A DNA stretch of 20,000 nucleotides from an uncultured virus (IMG/VR IMGVR_UViG_3300021400_001516) (taxonomy: Duplodnaviria > Heunggongvirae > Uroviricota > Caudoviricetes), in the IMG/VR virus record IMGVR_UViG_3300021400_001516. The stretch is one strand, 5' to 3'. Below are positions 18,311 through 20,000 of this stretch, piece by piece. A program made the translations under genes and the position numbers. The notes below the pieces were generated by a model that did no database searches, was not told the origin of the DNA, and worked only from the letters and a program-made list of their open reading frames with translations. Positions within the stretch are counted from its first letter, which is position 1; the number at the start of each line of letters is the position of its first letter.

Positions 18311-18378
18311 ATGACTGAAATTTATATTATTGTGATGGAACAGCGAATGACTAAGATAAAAATTCGCTGTTCTTTTTT
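18311..18378 (+). ncRNA. Candidate short sRNA 4
   Basis: CCTTATA at 18303; unpaired 5' segment, then perfect 11-bp hairpin 18338-18348/18362-18372 plus T6. Confidence 0.55.
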
Positions 18379-18437
18379 ATTCTTTTCAAATCCCCCTGTT
18401 TTCTTATATTGGATATAAATTTTAAAGTTTAAAGATT

Positions 18438-19088
18438 ATGGCAGAAATTACAATTACGCAAGCTTTGAGTACTCTTAAGGTATTAGAGAAAAGACTTAAG
18501 GCAAAGTTAGGAGTTTCCGATAACGGTAGACGTACTTCAAGTGCTAACTTAAAGTTGGTAGCTGTATCACGTGGTTCACACCTGAGGGATCCTTATACTT
18601 CCTACAAAGAAGAGGATTTCATTGCTACGGCTAAATCTTCTATGCAGTCAATTGAAGATCTTGATGAAAGAATTATTACCATTAAAAATGCTATTGCTGC
18701 TAGCAATGCGGTAACGATGGTCAAGATTGCAGGGAAGGAGATGACTGTACAAGAAGCTATTATCAGGAAACAATACTCTGAGCTCAGAAAGCAAAAAATC
18801 GAAGCTTATAAGGCCGAACTAAAGCGTGCGAGGGAGGAGTTCCAGGAGGTGATTGATGAAAATCGATCATACGCAGAACGTCTTGCCAACGGAGAGAGCT
18901 CAGACTCTAAGAAGTTTAAGGATGCTGAAGAATTTGTCAGCAATACCTATGCTGCTTCTTTAATCGATCCCTGTGATCTACAGAACAAGATTGAGAAGAT
19001 GGAGCAGGACTTCGAAGATTTCGTTGCCAATATTGACTTTGTACTTAGTGAGTCCAATGCGACTACTAAGATTATTATACCCGATTAA
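18438..19088 (+). CDS. Coiled-coil protein resembling the DIP1984-like family
   Basis: ITITQALSTLKVLEKRL, AIAASNAVTMVKIAGKEMTVQEAI, LIDP, IDFVLSESNATTKI, with internal duplication of the SNAxT and TxxxA motifs. The family assignment is from recall and needs an HMM check. Confidence 0.7.
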   Translation: MAEITITQALSTLKVLEKRLKAKLGVSDNGRRTSSANLKLVAVSRGSHLRDPYTSYKEEDFIATAKSSMQSIEDLDERIITIKNAIAASNAVTMVKIAGKEMTVQEAIIRKQYSELRKQKIEAYKAELKRAREEFQEVIDENRSYAERLANGESSDSKKFKDAEEFVSNTYAASLIDPCDLQNKIEKMEQDFEDFVANIDFVLSESNATTKIIIPD

Positions 19089-19108
19089 AAAAAATAGTTC
19101 TTAACCGG

Positions 19109-19378
19109 AAACACTCAGAAATAACGCCATCTTTTATCTTGGATGTTAAATTAAGATAATCATTAATAGTACAGCATGTTAATGAAGAACTTATAAGTGT
19201 AAAAGTTCTTAGTATCTTAAAGCTCAAGGATAAAAGATGAAAGTTGAAAGCTCAAAGTTTAAGTTATTAAAGCTTAGAGTTTAAGACTTAAAGCTGATAA
19301 AATCCTCGGTTTATGTTTATCATATTCTTGGAGATATGTAGAGGTTTTGCAGTTGTATCCTCGAGTGTTTGTACGAGG
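19109..19378 (+). ncRNA. Structured RNA with heptamer-repeat core downstream of the coiled-coil gene
   Basis: AAACACTC 19109-19116 pairs with GAGTGTTT 19363-19370; several internal stems; repeat tract 19217-19294. Confidence 0.65.
19217..19294 (+). repeat. Degenerate ~7-nt tandem repeat, consensus TNAAAGN, 11 units
   Basis: Unit-final G at 19222, 19229, 19236, 19243, 19250, 19257, 19263, 19272, 19279, 19285, 19293. Confidence 0.85.
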
Positions 19379-19396
19379 CAGGTGTAGGAAAGATTT

Positions 19397-19431
19397 CAGT
19401 GTCGTCATTAGTTTGGCGACACTGTTTTTTT
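19397..19431 (+). terminator. Rho-independent terminator
   Basis: CAGTGTCGTCA / TGGCGACACTG followed by T7. Confidence 0.9.
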
Positions 19432-19463
19432 CCTTTTCCTTCCTTCTCTTTCCTTATAAGAGT

Positions 19464-19838
19464 ATGTATATAGCGATTGATTTTGACGGAACGTGTGTAA
19501 CACATGAATTTCCTAAAGTAGGAAAAGAAATAGGTGCTGTGCCTGTATTAAAGAAACTTATAGAAAGAGGTCATAAGCTTATTCTTCACACAATGAGAGG
19601 GAAAGATACTATTGATGATGCCAAAAATTGGTTTGATGAAAATAATATTCCTCTTTTTGGGATTAACTATAATCCAACGCAGTGGAGATGGACGAATTCT
19701 AAAAAAGTTTTTGCTCAACTCTACATAGATGATGCAGCTCTAGGGGTACCACTTAAATTAGATACTTCTCTTTCTAACAGACCTTTTGTAGATTGGGAAG
19801 AAGTTGAAAAATTATTAATCGACAGATATATTTTATGA
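19464..19838 (+). CDS. HAD-superfamily hydrolase, small capless type (start corrected to ATG 19464)
   Basis: Motif I IAIDFDGT, motif II LHTMR, KKVFAQLYIDD; the upstream extension in the ORF track crosses a terminator. Confidence 0.88.
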   Translation: MYIAIDFDGTCVTHEFPKVGKEIGAVPVLKKLIERGHKLILHTMRGKDTIDDAKNWFDENNIPLFGINYNPTQWRWTNSKKVFAQLYIDDAALGVPLKLDTSLSNRPFVDWEEVEKLLIDRYIL

Positions 19839-20000
19839 TAGACAAGAAACAGTTTAAAGATTTGTATGGATTTAATTCAGGATCTATTAAATGGGTCCCT
19901 AAAGGTGGAGAACTTCTTGAGTGTATTGGACAGAGAATAATTCGGGTCCATTTCAAGAAAGAGGGAGAGGACGGAGATTATTCTTCCACAGAAACTCAAG
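19835..20000 (+). CDS. Partial hypothetical protein (MIDKKQFKDLYG..., runs off window)
   Basis: ATGA overlap with the HAD gene; open to the window end. Confidence 0.65.
   Translation, partial: MIDKKQFKDLYGFNSGSIKWVPKGGELLECIGQRIIRVHFKKEGEDGDYSSTETQ

Noticed and set aside
17760..18400. tRNA genes
   Set aside because: No cloverleaf with a GTTCRA T-arm and 7-bp acceptor stem could be built by eye on either strand.
17994..18418. Leaderless micro-ORFs at 17994-18077 (27 aa) and 18311-18418 (35 aa)
   Set aside because: Their ATGs are part of the CCTTATATATG motif and they run through strong RNA stems or a terminator; ribosome profiling would be needed to exclude them fully.
19347..19463. N-terminal extension of the HAD ORF in the track
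   Set aside because: It spans a terminator and promoter motif; HAD motif I begins right after ATG 19464.
128..19838. Stop-codon reassignment (no accepted gene ends in TAG)
   Set aside because: Genes are full length under code 11 with no in-frame TAG; TAG avoidance is expected in AT-rich genomes and the sample is small.
4734..19956. Antisense ORFs (4734-4961, 7484-7666, 7764-8033, 8714-8920, 11744-12109, 12395-12640, 13965-14381, 17512-17694, 19320-19505, 19774-19956)
   Set aside because: Shadow frames opposite well-supported genes or structured regions, with no motifs.

Overview
AT-rich, densely coded segment of a large dsDNA phage genome. The host may be Bacteroidota, inferred only from the general lack of Shine-Dalgarno sites. 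Left (1-2578, minus strand): hypothetical genes forming two small paralog sets. Middle (2679-17727, mostly plus strand): a T4-like DNA replication/recombination module with type IIA topoisomerase B and CTD-less A subunits, a probable ssDNA-binding protein with a pseudoknotted leader, a 5'-3' exonuclease, a SWIM-finger protein, a single-chain Mre11/SbcD-Rad50/SbcC fusion, thioredoxin, a UvsW-like SF2 helicase and a DnaB-like helicase. Right (17760-19431): four consecutive non-coding cassettes, each built as CTTATA motif, self-pairing RNA, then T-tract. The first contains two covarying copies of one RNA module. They are followed by a coiled-coil (DIP1984-like) gene whose 3' region is an end-paired structured RNA carrying 11 roughly 7-nt AAG-type repeats. 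A (C/T)CTTATA promoter-like motif precedes nearly every transcription unit. All protein calls come from motif reading and all RNA structures from pairing by eye; no searches or folding were run.
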